Source: a virus (taxonomy: Duplodnaviria > Heunggongvirae > Uroviricota > Caudoviricetes). From it: a stretch of DNA of 13,687 nucleotides. The notes beneath the pieces are model-generated. The model made no database searches, was not told the DNA's origin, and saw only the letters and a list, made by a program, of their open reading frames with translations. Positions 1 through 9,272 of this stretch are shown one piece after another (position 1 is the first letter of the stretch; the number at the start of each line of letters is the position of its first letter). A program made the position numbers and the translations under genes. The stretch is taken from the IMG/VR virus record IMGVR_UViG_2526164652_000005. One strand, 5' to 3'.

Positions 1-288
1 TCAATGGTTGGCGTCATTATCTTTTTCTCTTTCTGAACGTGAATATTGCGGTGGACGGTTCATCAGCTGTGGGGCAAGACGTTTTGCCACCTGAAGAATA
101 ACCACCACCGCAGCGGGAAGCATGAGCAAAACACCGAGAAAAATCATCAGAATCTGCACTTCTGGCCGAGAAAATGGCTCAGGCAGCGACAGGGAGTCGC
201 TTACCGACAGCAGAGCCACCGCCAGTAGCATCATTCCGATAAATTCCAGTATCAACACGCCTTTAGGCAATTTACCGATCGCGCGCAT
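1..288 (-). CDS. ybjC: small inner-membrane protein YbjC (95 aa), complete; stop codon at 1-3
   Basis: Translation matches remembered E. coli YbjC; hydrophobic two-helix profile; divergent from grxA as in E. coli. Confidence 0.8.
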   Translation of the reverse strand: MRAIGKLPKGVLILEFIGMMLLAVALLSVSDSLSLPEPFSRPEVQILMIFLGVLLMLPAAVVVILQVAKRLAPQLMNRPPQYSRSEREKDNDANH

Positions 289-447
289 ACGCTTCCCTCT
301 GCAAAGTGAGCCTTCAGTCTAAAACTTTTCACTGTATTGTGTTTAACAGTTATAGCTTTTAGCAATTAATGCAACAGGTTAAACCTACTTTCAGCGAATA
401 CATTTTAGCGTGATCATTACAGGCATAAATCTATGAGGAGAGAAATA
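289..447. promoter_or_regulatory. Divergent ybjC / grxA promoter region
   Basis: 159-bp AT-rich spacer between divergent starts; GAGGAG Shine-Dalgarno at 435-440 before the grxA ATG at 448. grxA is a known OxyR target, but I could not confidently delineate the OxyR motif by eye. Confidence 0.45.
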
Positions 448-705
448 ATGCAAACCGTTATTTTTGGTCGTTCGGGTTGCCCTTACTGTGTGCGTGCAAA
501 AGATCTGGCTGAGAAATTGAGCAATGAACGCGATGATTTTCAGTATCAGTATGTAGATATTCGTGCGGAAGGGATCACTAAAGAAGATCTACAACAAAAG
601 GCAGGTAAACCCGTAGAAACCGTGCCGCAGATTTTTGTCGATCAGCAACATATCGGCGGCTATACCGATTTTGCTGCATGGGTGAAAGAAAATCTGGACG
701 TCTGA
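448..705 (+). CDS. grxA: glutaredoxin 1 (85 aa)
   Basis: Near-identical to remembered E. coli GrxA (MQTVIFGRSGCPYCVRAKDL...), CPYC active site. The track ORF begins at an upstream in-frame ATG (433), but the SD at 435-440 supports ATG 448. Confidence 0.93.
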   Translation: MQTVIFGRSGCPYCVRAKDLAEKLSNERDDFQYQYVDIRAEGITKEDLQQKAGKPVETVPQIFVDQQHIGGYTDFAAWVKENLDV

Positions 706-714
706 TCGTCTGAC

Positions 715-747
715 AAGCCCTCGCGTTGAGGGCTTTACTGATTTTTT
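715..747 (+). terminator. Putative intrinsic terminator after grxA
   Basis: Stem aagccctc (715-722) / gagggctt (728-735) with 5-nt loop; T6 run at 742-747, not immediately adjacent to the stem. Confidence 0.4.
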
Positions 748-1112
748 CTGTGCTGTGGTTTAAACAAACTACTGATAAATAAGAAACACAGTGCCCCCAG
801 CGCACACCAGAACACCGCGCTTAGTAACCATGCCAGCTCTTGCCAGAATGAGCGCGTCGGTGAAAAAAACAGCCGCATAATGAGCATTGAACAGGGTGCC
901 GCCAGCATTGCGCCAAATAGAGGTTTCAGGACTTCTCTACGCTGTGAAAAGAAACTGGCAACAGCTCCAGGAAGAATGAAAAACAGCAAGCCGATTTCAG
1001 GATGCCCGGCAGCCCGAAAAGCGCCTTTCATGTGCGTCGCCAGAAAAAGGCACACCACAATGAAGAGGACAAAACAGCAGATTGCCCCCGCCCAACGTTG
1101 TTTATGTTTCAC
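735..1112 (-). CDS. ybjM: inner-membrane protein YbjM (125 aa)
   Basis: Translation matches remembered YbjM; multi-helix hydrophobic profile; conserved position between grxA and ybjL. Confidence 0.8.
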   Translation of the reverse strand: MKHKQRWAGAICCFVLFIVVCLFLATHMKGAFRAAGHPEIGLLFFILPGAVASFFSQRREVLKPLFGAMLAAPCSMLIMRLFFSPTRSFWQELAWLLSAVFWCALGALCFLFISSLFKPQHRKNQ

Positions 1113-1381
1113 TCGTTCCTCCTGACACTGCGTCTATCGAACACATTTTTCGCCAGTGTGGCGTTCAGTAAGATAAAGCCGCTTCGCATTCCATGCTAAT
1201 ATAGGCCAACGAAATTCATATAGCCGTTGATACCTAATGTGATTACACTAGTAAAATATATTGTTACTTTACTATCGTTTAGGTGCGCTGAATGAATCTG
1301 CGCCCTGAATTCTGGTAAAAAACATTATCGTAAATTACCATTTCTTTCAACAGCTTACTAGTAAACAAGAAGTTAGCCTCC

Positions 1382-3067
1382 GTGAATATAAACGTCGCCG
1401 AATTGTTAAATGGGAATTACATTCTGTTATTATTTGTGGTCCTCGCGCTTGGGCTATGTCTCGGAAAGTTACGACTTGGTTCGATCCAACTGGGTAATTC
1501 CATTGGCGTTTTAGTCGTATCGCTGTTATTAGGCCAACAACATTTCAGCATTAACACCGATGCGCTTAATCTTGGCTTTATGCTGTTTATTTTCTGCGTC
1601 GGGGTCGAAGCCGGACCGAACTTTTTTTCCATTTTTTTTCGCGATGGGAAAAATTACCTAATGTTAGCTCTGGTGATGGTTGGCAGTGCGCTGGTGATCG
1701 CCTTAGGGTTAGGTAAGCTGTTTGGCTGGGATATTGGCCTGACGGCCGGTATGTTAGCAGGCTCTATGACGTCGACACCGGTTCTGGTCGGTGCTGGCGA
1801 TACACTGCATCATTCCGGCATGGAAAGCAGGCAGCTCTCACTGGCACTGGATAATCTGAGCCTCGGGTATGCCTTAACCTATTTAATCGGTCTGGTGAGT
1901 TTGATTGTTGGTGCGCGTTACTTGCCGAAATTGCAGCATCAGGACTTACAGACCAGCGCCCAGCAAATCGCCCGCGAACGTGGCCTGGACACTGATGCCA
2001 ACCGTAAGGTTTATTTACCGGTGATCCGCGCCTATCGCGTCGGCCCGGAGCTGGTGGCCTGGACCGACGGCAAAAATCTGCGTGAACTGGGTATTTATCG
2101 ACAAACCGGCTGCTACATTGAACGTATTCGACGTAACGGGATTCTGGCAAATCCAGACGGTGATGCCGTGCTACAAATGGGCGATGAAATAGCGTTGGTA
2201 GGCTATCCCGACGCCCATGCCCGACTCGATCCCAGCTTCCGTAACGGTAAAGAAGTTTTCGATCGTGACCTTCTCGACATGCGTATCGTCACTGAAGAAG
2301 TGGTCGTTAAAAACCATAACGCTGTAGGTAAACGTCTCGCACAACTGAAGTTGACCGATCACGGTTGCTTCCTTAACCGCGTCATTCGTAGCCAGATTGA
2401 GATGCCGATAGATGACAACGTCGTGCTTAACAAAGGTGACGTTTTACAAGTCAGCGGTGATGCCCGTCGCGTAAAAACCATCGCCGATCGCATCGGCTTT
2501 ATCTCGATTCACAGCCAGGTCACTGACCTGCTGGCATTTTGCGCCTTCTTTGTTATTGGGCTGATGATCGGGATGATCACCTTCCAGTTCAGCACATTCA
2601 GTTTCGGCATGGGGAACGCTGCCGGGTTGTTATTCGCCGGAATTATGCTGGGCTTTATGCGTGCTAACCACCCGACCTTCGGTTACATTCCGCAAGGTGC
2701 ATTAAGCATGGTGAAAGAGTTCGGCTTGATGGTGTTTATGGCAGGCGTTGGTCTGAGCGCCGGTAGCGGTATTAATAACGGCCTGGGCGCGATTGGCGGT
2801 CAGATGTTGATTGCCGGATTAATTGTCAGTCTTGTGCCCGTGGTTATCTGTTTCTTGTTCGGTGCTTATGTATTGCGAATGAACCGCGCACTGTTGTTCG
2901 GCGCAATGATGGGCGCACGCACCTGCGCGCCGGCAATGGAGATCATCAGTGATACAGCTCGCAGTAACATCCCTGCGCTGGGCTATGCGGGCACCTACGC
3001 AATCGCCAACGTCCTGCTGACGCTGGCAGGGACAATCATCGTCATGGTATGGCCAGGATTAGGATAA
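1382..3067 (+). CDS. ybjL: putative transporter YbjL (561 aa), AAE-family permease with two central TrkA-C/RCK_C domains; GTG start
   Basis: Full-length match to remembered YbjL; membrane domains flank a soluble central region; synteny with ybjM and grxA. Confidence 0.88.
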
Positions 3068-3179
3068 AACTGAAGTTGCCCTGAAAATGAAATTTTTTTG
3101 CACAACCGCAGAACTTTTCCGCAGGGCATCAGTCTTAATTAGTGCCACTGCTTTTCTTTGATGTCCCCATTTTGTGGAG

Positions 3180-3222
3180 CCCATCAACCCCGCCATTTCG
3201 GTTCAAGGTTGATGGGTTTTTT
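3180..3222 (+). terminator. Putative intrinsic terminator downstream of ybjL
   Basis: 10-bp stem cccatcaacc (3180-3189) / ggttgatggg (3207-3216) followed directly by T6 (3217-3222). Confidence 0.5.
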
Positions 3223-3302
3223 GTTGCCTGAAATTTAAGCTGTTTAAAATCATGATGTTAGAAGCACTGTTTTTTAACGATGGCGACAAAATGGCGGCAG
3301 CG

Positions 3303-3521
3303 TCAAAGAGAGAGCGCCACCTGTCCTGATTTCATTGGATGCGGCTGAACCGGATTTGACTCTTTTGGCGTTGCAATCGAACGAACAAAAGTTTCATGGG
3401 TAACAAAAGTATGGCTGCAGTTAATGTTCTGGCACTGGTTGTAACGCTCTTTGGTCAATGAAGATACCTGAAAACTGCTGCGAGTATGGGCGGCACTTCC
3501 ACACAGTGGGCAAATCATCAT
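3303..3521 (-). CDS. ogr: Ogr/Delta-family zinc-finger late-gene transcriptional activator (72 aa)
   Basis: CPLCG...CQNINC zinc-finger motif and overall similarity to P2 Ogr. GGGAGA SD sits 9 nt upstream of the ATG at 3521; the track ORF starts at an upstream GTG (3554), which I judge less likely. Confidence 0.8.
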   Translation of the reverse strand: MMICPLCGSAAHTRSSFQVSSLTKERYNQCQNINCSHTFVTHETFVRSIATPKESNPVQPHPMKSGQVALSL

Positions 3522-3611
3522 TTTTCGAGTTCTCCCAATTTTTGCTAAATTCACAATAATGATACCGAATTATTCCATTTTGCAAACTTAAAAGTTCTCC
3601 ATTGCGAAGAA

Positions 3612-4712
3612 TCATTCCATTTCGAAATCATCAATCCTCACTTCAAGCTCCAGACTGGTCGTAAAACCATTATCCGGGCTTACGGTATGCGTCAGAGTCG
3701 TAATGGTCCATTCCGCATCATCTATCGGCTGTTTAAAGCCACTGACTTTCACTGGCATTTCCGTGTAGAGATCTGCCCGCCCTTCCGCCAGTTGTAACGA
3801 GAATGACGCAACGCCGCGTTGCAGGCGTTCCCACTGCATTTTCGCCGCTCGTTCGGTGTTGCTCCGGTTGGCATAAGTGCGATTAAGTACCAGCACGTTT
3901 TCATCCGTACCCACCAGGTAATCGCCCTGCTTCGCTTCCGGCTCTTTCTTCTGCTTCTTAGTCCTGCGCTTACGCTTCACCGTGGTGCTTTCTTTCTTCG
4001 CGGGTTCGCGGGTATGCAACCAGCTGGCAATTACGCCCGTGTAGGCTCCGCGATCTGCCAGGGTAAAGCGGTGACTGTCGCCGTCCTTACGTGTGATAGT
4101 GATAACCGGTAGTGGTTTACCGCTGGCGCTTTTACCCTGTCCCTGCCGGATGAATACCAGATTGCCATTTTTCACCGACGCAATAGCACCGTACTGGCGC
4201 GCCAGCCGCATCAGAAAACTGCCGTCACTCTCATTGGTCTGGTCTATATGCTCCACGGGTTTATCCGACAGGTCTTCACCCAATGCCATCTTCAGTTTGT
4301 GCCGCGCAGATATTTCCTTCACGACTTCCCCAACGGTGGTCTTGTGCCACGATTTTTCACGGCGGGTATTCAGCGTTTCACGAAAATCAGCACTTCGCGC
4401 CCGGATAGTCAGGCGGTCCGGTGCGCCAGTGTGTTCAATCTCGTCCACCGTGAATGCCCCTTTCGGGAAAAGCGGCTGCCCCTTCCACCCCAGCGCCAGC
4501 GTAATGACCGCACCACGGCGCGGCAGCACGATTTTTCCGTCGGCGTCGTCCAGCTCCAGATCAAGCTGGTCCGCTTCAAATCCCCGATTGTCCGTCAGCG
4601 TCAGACTCATCAGGCGGTTATCCAGCACAGTAGTGATATCCCTGCCCTCAATACTGATGCTGAATGCAGGAGTTTTGTTGCCTTTGTTAAGCAGTTCAGA
4701 GCTGAAATTCAC
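3612..4712 (-). CDS. D: P2 gpD-family tail protein (366 aa); GTG start overlapping the U stop (GTGA)
   Basis: Similarity to P2 gpD; conserved position between U and ogr; translational coupling to U. Confidence 0.85.
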   Translation of the reverse strand: MNFSSELLNKGNKTPAFSISIEGRDITTVLDNRLMSLTLTDNRGFEADQLDLELDDADGKIVLPRRGAVITLALGWKGQPLFPKGAFTVDEIEHTGAPDRLTIRARSADFRETLNTRREKSWHKTTVGEVVKEISARHKLKMALGEDLSDKPVEHIDQTNESDGSFLMRLARQYGAIASVKNGNLVFIRQGQGKSASGKPLPVITITRKDGDSHRFTLADRGAYTGVIASWLHTREPAKKESTTVKRKRRTKKQKKEPEAKQGDYLVGTDENVLVLNRTYANRSNTERAAKMQWERLQRGVASFSLQLAEGRADLYTEMPVKVSGFKQPIDDAEWTITTLTHTVSPDNGFTTSLELEVRIDDFEME

Positions 4713-5194
4713 GACAGCAGCCCTCCCACCGTTTTACTGATATCGCTTAATGCAGATGTTGCCGTGTCCTGCAGATTATTCAGCTGCGCACTGAGATCAC
4801 CGAACATATCGGACAGGGATTCATCCACCCGTTTGAGCGACAGGGTGAACTCAATCCGGCGCGGCATACCGTCGCGGAAAAACTCCGTTTTAGTCTGATT
4901 CAGTCCCTCAATCACATACATGCCGTAAATCGTGCCGCTGCCTTCAATCAGGGGCCATGCTTTCCCCTGTTCTGCCATCTGCTCAAGTGCCAGCAACGAC
5001 AGCCTGCCGCCTGTTATCTCCGGCATAAGAACACCGGAAAGCGTCAGCATGTCGTTGTCCGGTCCCAGAAACTGCGTGGACGGACGACGATTTACCCGGC
5101 TGTTAGCCGCATGTCGCCAGCTGCGTTGATACTGCAGTTCCTGATACGGCACGGTGCGCAGCATAAACACGTACAATCCCAGCACCATCATCAT
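4709..5194 (-). CDS. U: P2 gpU-family tail protein (161 aa)
   Basis: Similarity to P2 gpU (MMVLGL..., QRSWRH motif); ATGA start/stop overlap with the end of T. Confidence 0.85.
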   Translation of the reverse strand: MMMVLGLYVFMLRTVPYQELQYQRSWRHAANSRVNRRPSTQFLGPDNDMLTLSGVLMPEITGGRLSLLALEQMAEQGKAWPLIEGSGTIYGMYVIEGLNQTKTEFFRDGMPRRIEFTLSLKRVDESLSDMFGDLSAQLNNLQDTATSALSDISKTVGGLLS

Positions 5195-8100
5195 GCGTCG
5201 TATCCCCCCTGATCGCTGTAGTTACTCCTGGCTTTTGCCTTCAACCTGCGTTCACGTTCATCAAGCTGGCGGGCCACCTCCCGCGCAATATCCTGCGCAC
5301 TTTGTCCTGGCTGTGTCTGGATGATGATCTGCGTCGGTGCTTCAATCCGGTAAATGGGCGGCACAGTAGCTGCACGACTCACCATCGCTTCACCGCCTTT
5401 CGCGGGAAGCGCCAAAGGATGCAACGGTGGAAGCTCTGCTGGCGCGGCAGCAACGCCCATCATTCCGGCGACAACGGCAGCCAGTGCAGCTGTATTTCTC
5501 CGGCTGGTCACGTTTGCCGGGCCGTTAACAATTTCCGGCCCGTTTTCACCGACGATGCCAAACTGCCCACGCGGGATATAGCCGCCGCTGTCATACATAC
5601 CCGCAAAGCCATATCCCCATGACGGAAAATCACCCGATGGCATCATCACTTTACCGTCTGCATTCACCGTCGCAGGTTGCTGACTCGTCACGCTTTCCGG
5701 TAGTTTTGCCTTTGCGGCCTCTTTACTGACAATGCCGAGTTTCTCCAGCAACCAGGAAACGCCGGATTTCAGGGAGTCCAGCGGATGCATGACCATATTC
5801 AGCCCTTCCGCCAGTGCCTCCCCGAATCGCCGCCCCATTGCCGCTGCACTCTGCAGTTCGGCAGAGGTCGACTTAACGGGCGTCAGCAGATCAGTAAACC
5901 AGCCCCACAGCGCCTGTACTTTGTCGCCAATCCACTGAAACACGGGCTTAAGCGGTTCGAATGCAGCACTGATGGGACCTGCCGCCGCTTTGAATCCTTC
6001 CACCACGCCACCGAGAAATGCGGTGATGGGTTGCCAGTATTTCCAGACAACCAGCGCCACGCCCGCCAGTGCAGTAACCACAAGACCTATCGGACTGAGC
6101 AGAGCACCTAACAGACCAGATACGGCATACAGGGCAACGCGCAGCATCGCCAGCGGACCGGATGCCAGCACACGCAGCACCGCGCCTGCGGCAGCCAGTC
6201 CACCGCGTAGTGCTGCCAGTGGATTCATAAACATCACAGCAACCGCACGTAACCCGGATAATCCAGACCGCAAAAGTGCAACCGGCGCACCTGCTACCGT
6301 TTTCAGGACATTTCCCGTCAGTGATGCCGTGCGGCGCAAAGACGACAACGGCGCAGTAAGTAAACCTGCGGCGTTGCCCGATGAAGCAAGCCCGCGTCGC
6401 AGCAGTGCCTGTGGTGCGCCAGCCAGGACAACGCACTGCTGGTTCGAGTTACTGCTGCCGTAACGGAAGGTAACATTTTGATACCCAGCACAGAGAATCC
6501 CAGACGGATCACTGCCAGCGGCCCCAGCACTGCAGCCAGCGCCACCGCTAAGGTGCCGAGGCCCACGGTAACGGCAGCCACCACAGCGGCTACTTTCATC
6601 AGTGTGCCTGTCAGTTCCGGGTTAGCTTCCACCCAGCGACGCAACGCCCCTGTGACGCTTTTCACCGTGAACAGAATATCCATCAGCGGCTGGCGCAGCG
6701 TTTCGCCCAGGCTGCTGAAGGTGTTCTGCGCTCCGGTTTTGACCAGCAACCACTGAGCAGAAAGTGAGTCCTTGTTGATGTCGGATTCTTTCTGCATGGA
6801 ACCGAGCGCATCATTGCCCGTTGTCAGTTTTAGCTGGCGCTGCAGTTCCGGAAGGTTGTTTGCCAGTTTCGCTGCGTCATCGCCAAACTCTTTACCAAAC
6901 AACATGGTCATGGCAGACAGGCGCTTATCCTGCGGCAGTGCGTTCACCTTCTCCAGCACGCGCTGGATGGTTCCCATCGCATCCTTCGTCATCTGCTTTT
7001 CAATCACTTCAGGATTGAGTTTCAGCAGATTCATCCCTTCAAAGAAACTCTTGCTCTGCATGGTGGCAATGGACAATTCACGCACCATCGCGTTTGCTGC
7101 ACTGGCTGCAACCTCTGGCGCAGCGCCCAGTGTCAGGAAGGTGGAACCCAGCGCCGCCGCTTTACGATAATCCAGACGATCAGCCACACCGCCCAGGCGT
7201 TGCATGACATCAATGATGTCTACCCCTTTCGACATGGCGTTATCATCCAGATAGTTCAGCGCATCACCGAGCTGTTCAATATTGCGGGTAGGGATTTTGT
7301 AGAGCTGGGCGATTTTCCCCAGACTTTCTGACAGTTCATCCGCTGGCAGCTCAAAGGCTGTTGCCGCCTTTGCTGCCGTACTGGCGAAGGCCAGCAGGTC
7401 ACGTTTCTGGTCCTCCCAGCTGTCGTCAGGGTTTGCAACGTTCATACGCGCACCACCTTCAACCAGTGCAGCGAAGTCCACCGCACCGTTTTCCATCGGC
7501 AACTGTTCGCTGGCAGCTTTGATGGCATCCTGCATTTCATAAAAACGTGCAGTGCGGTTGCCATTATCGTCACGCAGACCATTGACCTGCTTTGTCACAC
7601 CTTTCATGGCATCTTCCATGCTGGTATAGCTTTTTACTGCCGCCATCACTGGCGTCCCCATTGCCAGCCCTGCCGCCGTGGTGGTGGCTCCGGCTCCTGC
7701 GATGCGATCGCGCACCTCCAGCGAACGGGCATAACTGGCACGCGCTGCATTCATCCTGCGCTGAGCTTCCCCCAGTCGCTTCAGCCGCGCCTCCTGTTTC
7801 GACAGTTCCTGGTTATAACGTGATGTTTCACGGGCTAAACGGGCAGTTGCTCCCGCATCATCTTTCGCAGAAATTCCCGCCCGGTACAGTTCTGCACGCA
7901 CAAGCGCCGTTTGCTTCTGCAAATATTTTTGTTGTTCTTCCAGGCGTTGGACTGCCAGCGTTTGCCGACCTAAAGCCACAAGGTGCCGTTGTGATGGTTG
8001 TTCCATCGCTTCCAGCTCAGAACTAAGCAAATTTGCCTTCTGTCTGGCATAGTTCAGCCTGTCGCCTAACTTTTTGTTATCGGCCTGCAGCTTGCGAAAT

Positions 8101-8264
8101 TTTTCCAGGCTGTTACCCGCCTGATTGAGTTGCTTTAATGCGTCACGGGAGTTTCTGATTGCGCCAGCCAGCTCTTTCGAACTGGCCTGTGCAGCACGGA
8201 ATGGGCGGGTGAGTTTGTCAACCGCATTAAGAATGACCTGCAGGCGCAGGTTATTATCACTCAT
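5191..8264 (-). pseudogene. T: Tail tape-measure protein gpT, reading frame disrupted: N-terminal ORF 6318-8264 and C-terminal ORF 5191-6348 in a different frame
   Basis: N-terminal ORF begins MSDNNLRLQ..., coiled-coil rich, P2 gpT-like. Its last ~35 codons are low-complexity out-of-frame-looking sequence. The other frame carries proline-terminated 21-22 aa repeats that continue to the U overlap and is open upstream to a stop at 6622-6624. Together these imply a -1 register change around 6380-6500. Confidence 0.7.
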
Positions 8265-8693
8265 CGTTAGCCCCGCTTCTCTGAATCGCTTTATACCGCC
8301 ATTCCAGCACTTCGGTCAGCGGCATAACGTCAGTAACGGATGGCGGCCAGTGAAAGATGGTGGCGATATCAGCCACCAGATCGTCAACCGTCAGGCTGTC
8401 GGTAAACCGGCAAGCACCGACTTCTTCAACAAAAAAGTGACAACCTCAACCGACATAGCGGTGAGATCTGCCGAGTCCATCTCTGCAATTTCTTGTGCGG
8501 TCAGTGCCGGACTGGAAATGCAGGGGATCACGGTCATCATCGCGTTCACATCCATATCCATAATGGCCTGCAGGCGTATACCGCGCAGCGCACCGGACTG
8601 CGGTTTACGCAGCACAATTTCGGTAATTTCTGTTTTACCGCGCATGATGGGGGTATCCAGTTGAATGGTCTTTTCAGTCTGCTTATCGCTCAT
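8257..8693 (-). CDS. E': E+E' fusion product via programmed -1 ribosomal frameshift (about 145 aa)
   Basis: The -1 frame is open from the slippery site to a TGA at 8257-8259, ending ...RSGANDE and overlapping the T start codon. Geometry matches the P2 E/E' arrangement (analogous to lambda G/GT). Confidence 0.55.
8391..8693 (-). CDS. E: P2 gpE-family tail assembly chaperone (100 aa)
   Basis: Position immediately upstream of T and similarity to P2 gpE; contains the slippery heptamer near its 3' end. Confidence 0.8.
   Translation of the reverse strand: MSDKQTEKTIQLDTPIMRGKTEITEIVLRKPQSGALRGIRLQAIMDMDVNAMMTVIPCISSPALTAQEIAEMDSADLTAMSVEVVTFLLKKSVLAGLPTA
8430..8436 (-). other. Slippery heptamer T_TTT_TTG for the E/E' -1 frameshift
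   Basis: Minus-strand codons ACT TTT TTG in the E frame (plus-strand caaaaaa at 8430-8436). Confidence 0.6.
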
Positions 8694-8747
8694 TTTATTG
8701 TCCTGTAAATTGGGTTCTGGCGCGGTATCCCGCGCCGTTCAGATACA

Positions 8748-9263
8748 TCAGAGGCCGAGGGCGTTGCGGTGCGCTTCCATCAGGTCCACACCGTCCACAA
8801 TTTCCACCATGTTGATAAGGTCCACTTCATAGAGCACCTCACCATTGATGGTCAGCTTCGCGTAGCTGTTGGTACTGGTCACTTTGGTGGTGTTGCTTTC
8901 GCCCGTCTTCCACTCGCCGGAATCCACTTCTTTGTGACGTCCTCGCACCACAAGCTCCACAGCCTGCACTTCCCCGGTATCGTCACGCTGGATAGAGCCA
9001 GTAAAGCGCAGCTGGATGCCATCCACAGTGGCTTTGCCCATCTGCTTAAACAGCAGCAGTTCAGTACCACCAATGGAAAATTCTGTGTCCAGAGCACTGT
9101 CATCAAGCCCCAGATCCACATCCACCGCCCCCGGCATTCCGCCGCCGCGATACTTCTCATATTTGCGGGTGAATTTCGGCAGCGTCAGCGACTCAACGAT
9201 CCCCTGCCAGTTGTTCCCGTCGTTAAACAGGTTCAGGTGTTTTAATTTGCGTGGTAAAGCCAT
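8748..9263 (-). CDS. FII: P2 gpFII-family major tail tube protein (171 aa)
   Basis: MALPRKLKHLNLFNDGNN... matches the P2 FII N-terminus; located between FI and E. Confidence 0.88.
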   Translation of the reverse strand: MALPRKLKHLNLFNDGNNWQGIVESLTLPKFTRKYEKYRGGGMPGAVDVDLGLDDSALDTEFSIGGTELLLFKQMGKATVDGIQLRFTGSIQRDDTGEVQAVELVVRGRHKEVDSGEWKTGESNTTKVTSTNSYAKLTINGEVLYEVDLINMVEIVDGVDLMEAHRNALGL

Positions 9264-9272
9264 GTTGTCCCC

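Noticed and set aside
3097-3171. 24-codon plus-strand ORF (MKFFCTTAELFRRASVLISATAFL) in the ybjL-ogr spacer
   Set aside because: No Shine-Dalgarno, very short, and located in the probable prophage/host junction; insufficient evidence.
3068-3302. Search for a P2 attP/attR core (AAAAAATAAGCCCGTGTAAGGGAGATT-like) at the prophage end
   Set aside because: No convincing match seen by eye; P2-like phages use diverse att cores and the other prophage end is outside the window, so the boundary cannot be called.
3421-3615. 64-aa minus-strand ORF spanning the D-ogr gap and overlapping the ogr start
   Set aside because: Overlaps ogr in another frame; ogr has a good SD and conserved zinc-finger start; no family resemblance for the alternative.
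4093-4898. Plus-strand ORFs of 215 and 216 aa antisense to D and U
   Set aside because: Entirely inside minus-strand genes with clear P2 homology; composition consistent with frame artefacts.
5972-6463. Plus-strand ORFs antisense to the tape-measure gene (5972-6463; also 5302-5622, 5785-6111, 6478-6756, 6772-7170, 7592-8026)
   Set aside because: They lie opposite a well-supported GC-rich gene, and their translations are Ala/Arg/Pro/Ser-rich low-complexity strings typical of antisense frames; no RBS and no family resemblance.
6380-6500. Programmed ribosomal frameshift within T, analogous to E/E'
   Set aside because: No X_XXY_YYZ slippery heptamer at the frame junction, and no such recoding is known for P2 gpT; mutation or sequencing error is more parsimonious.
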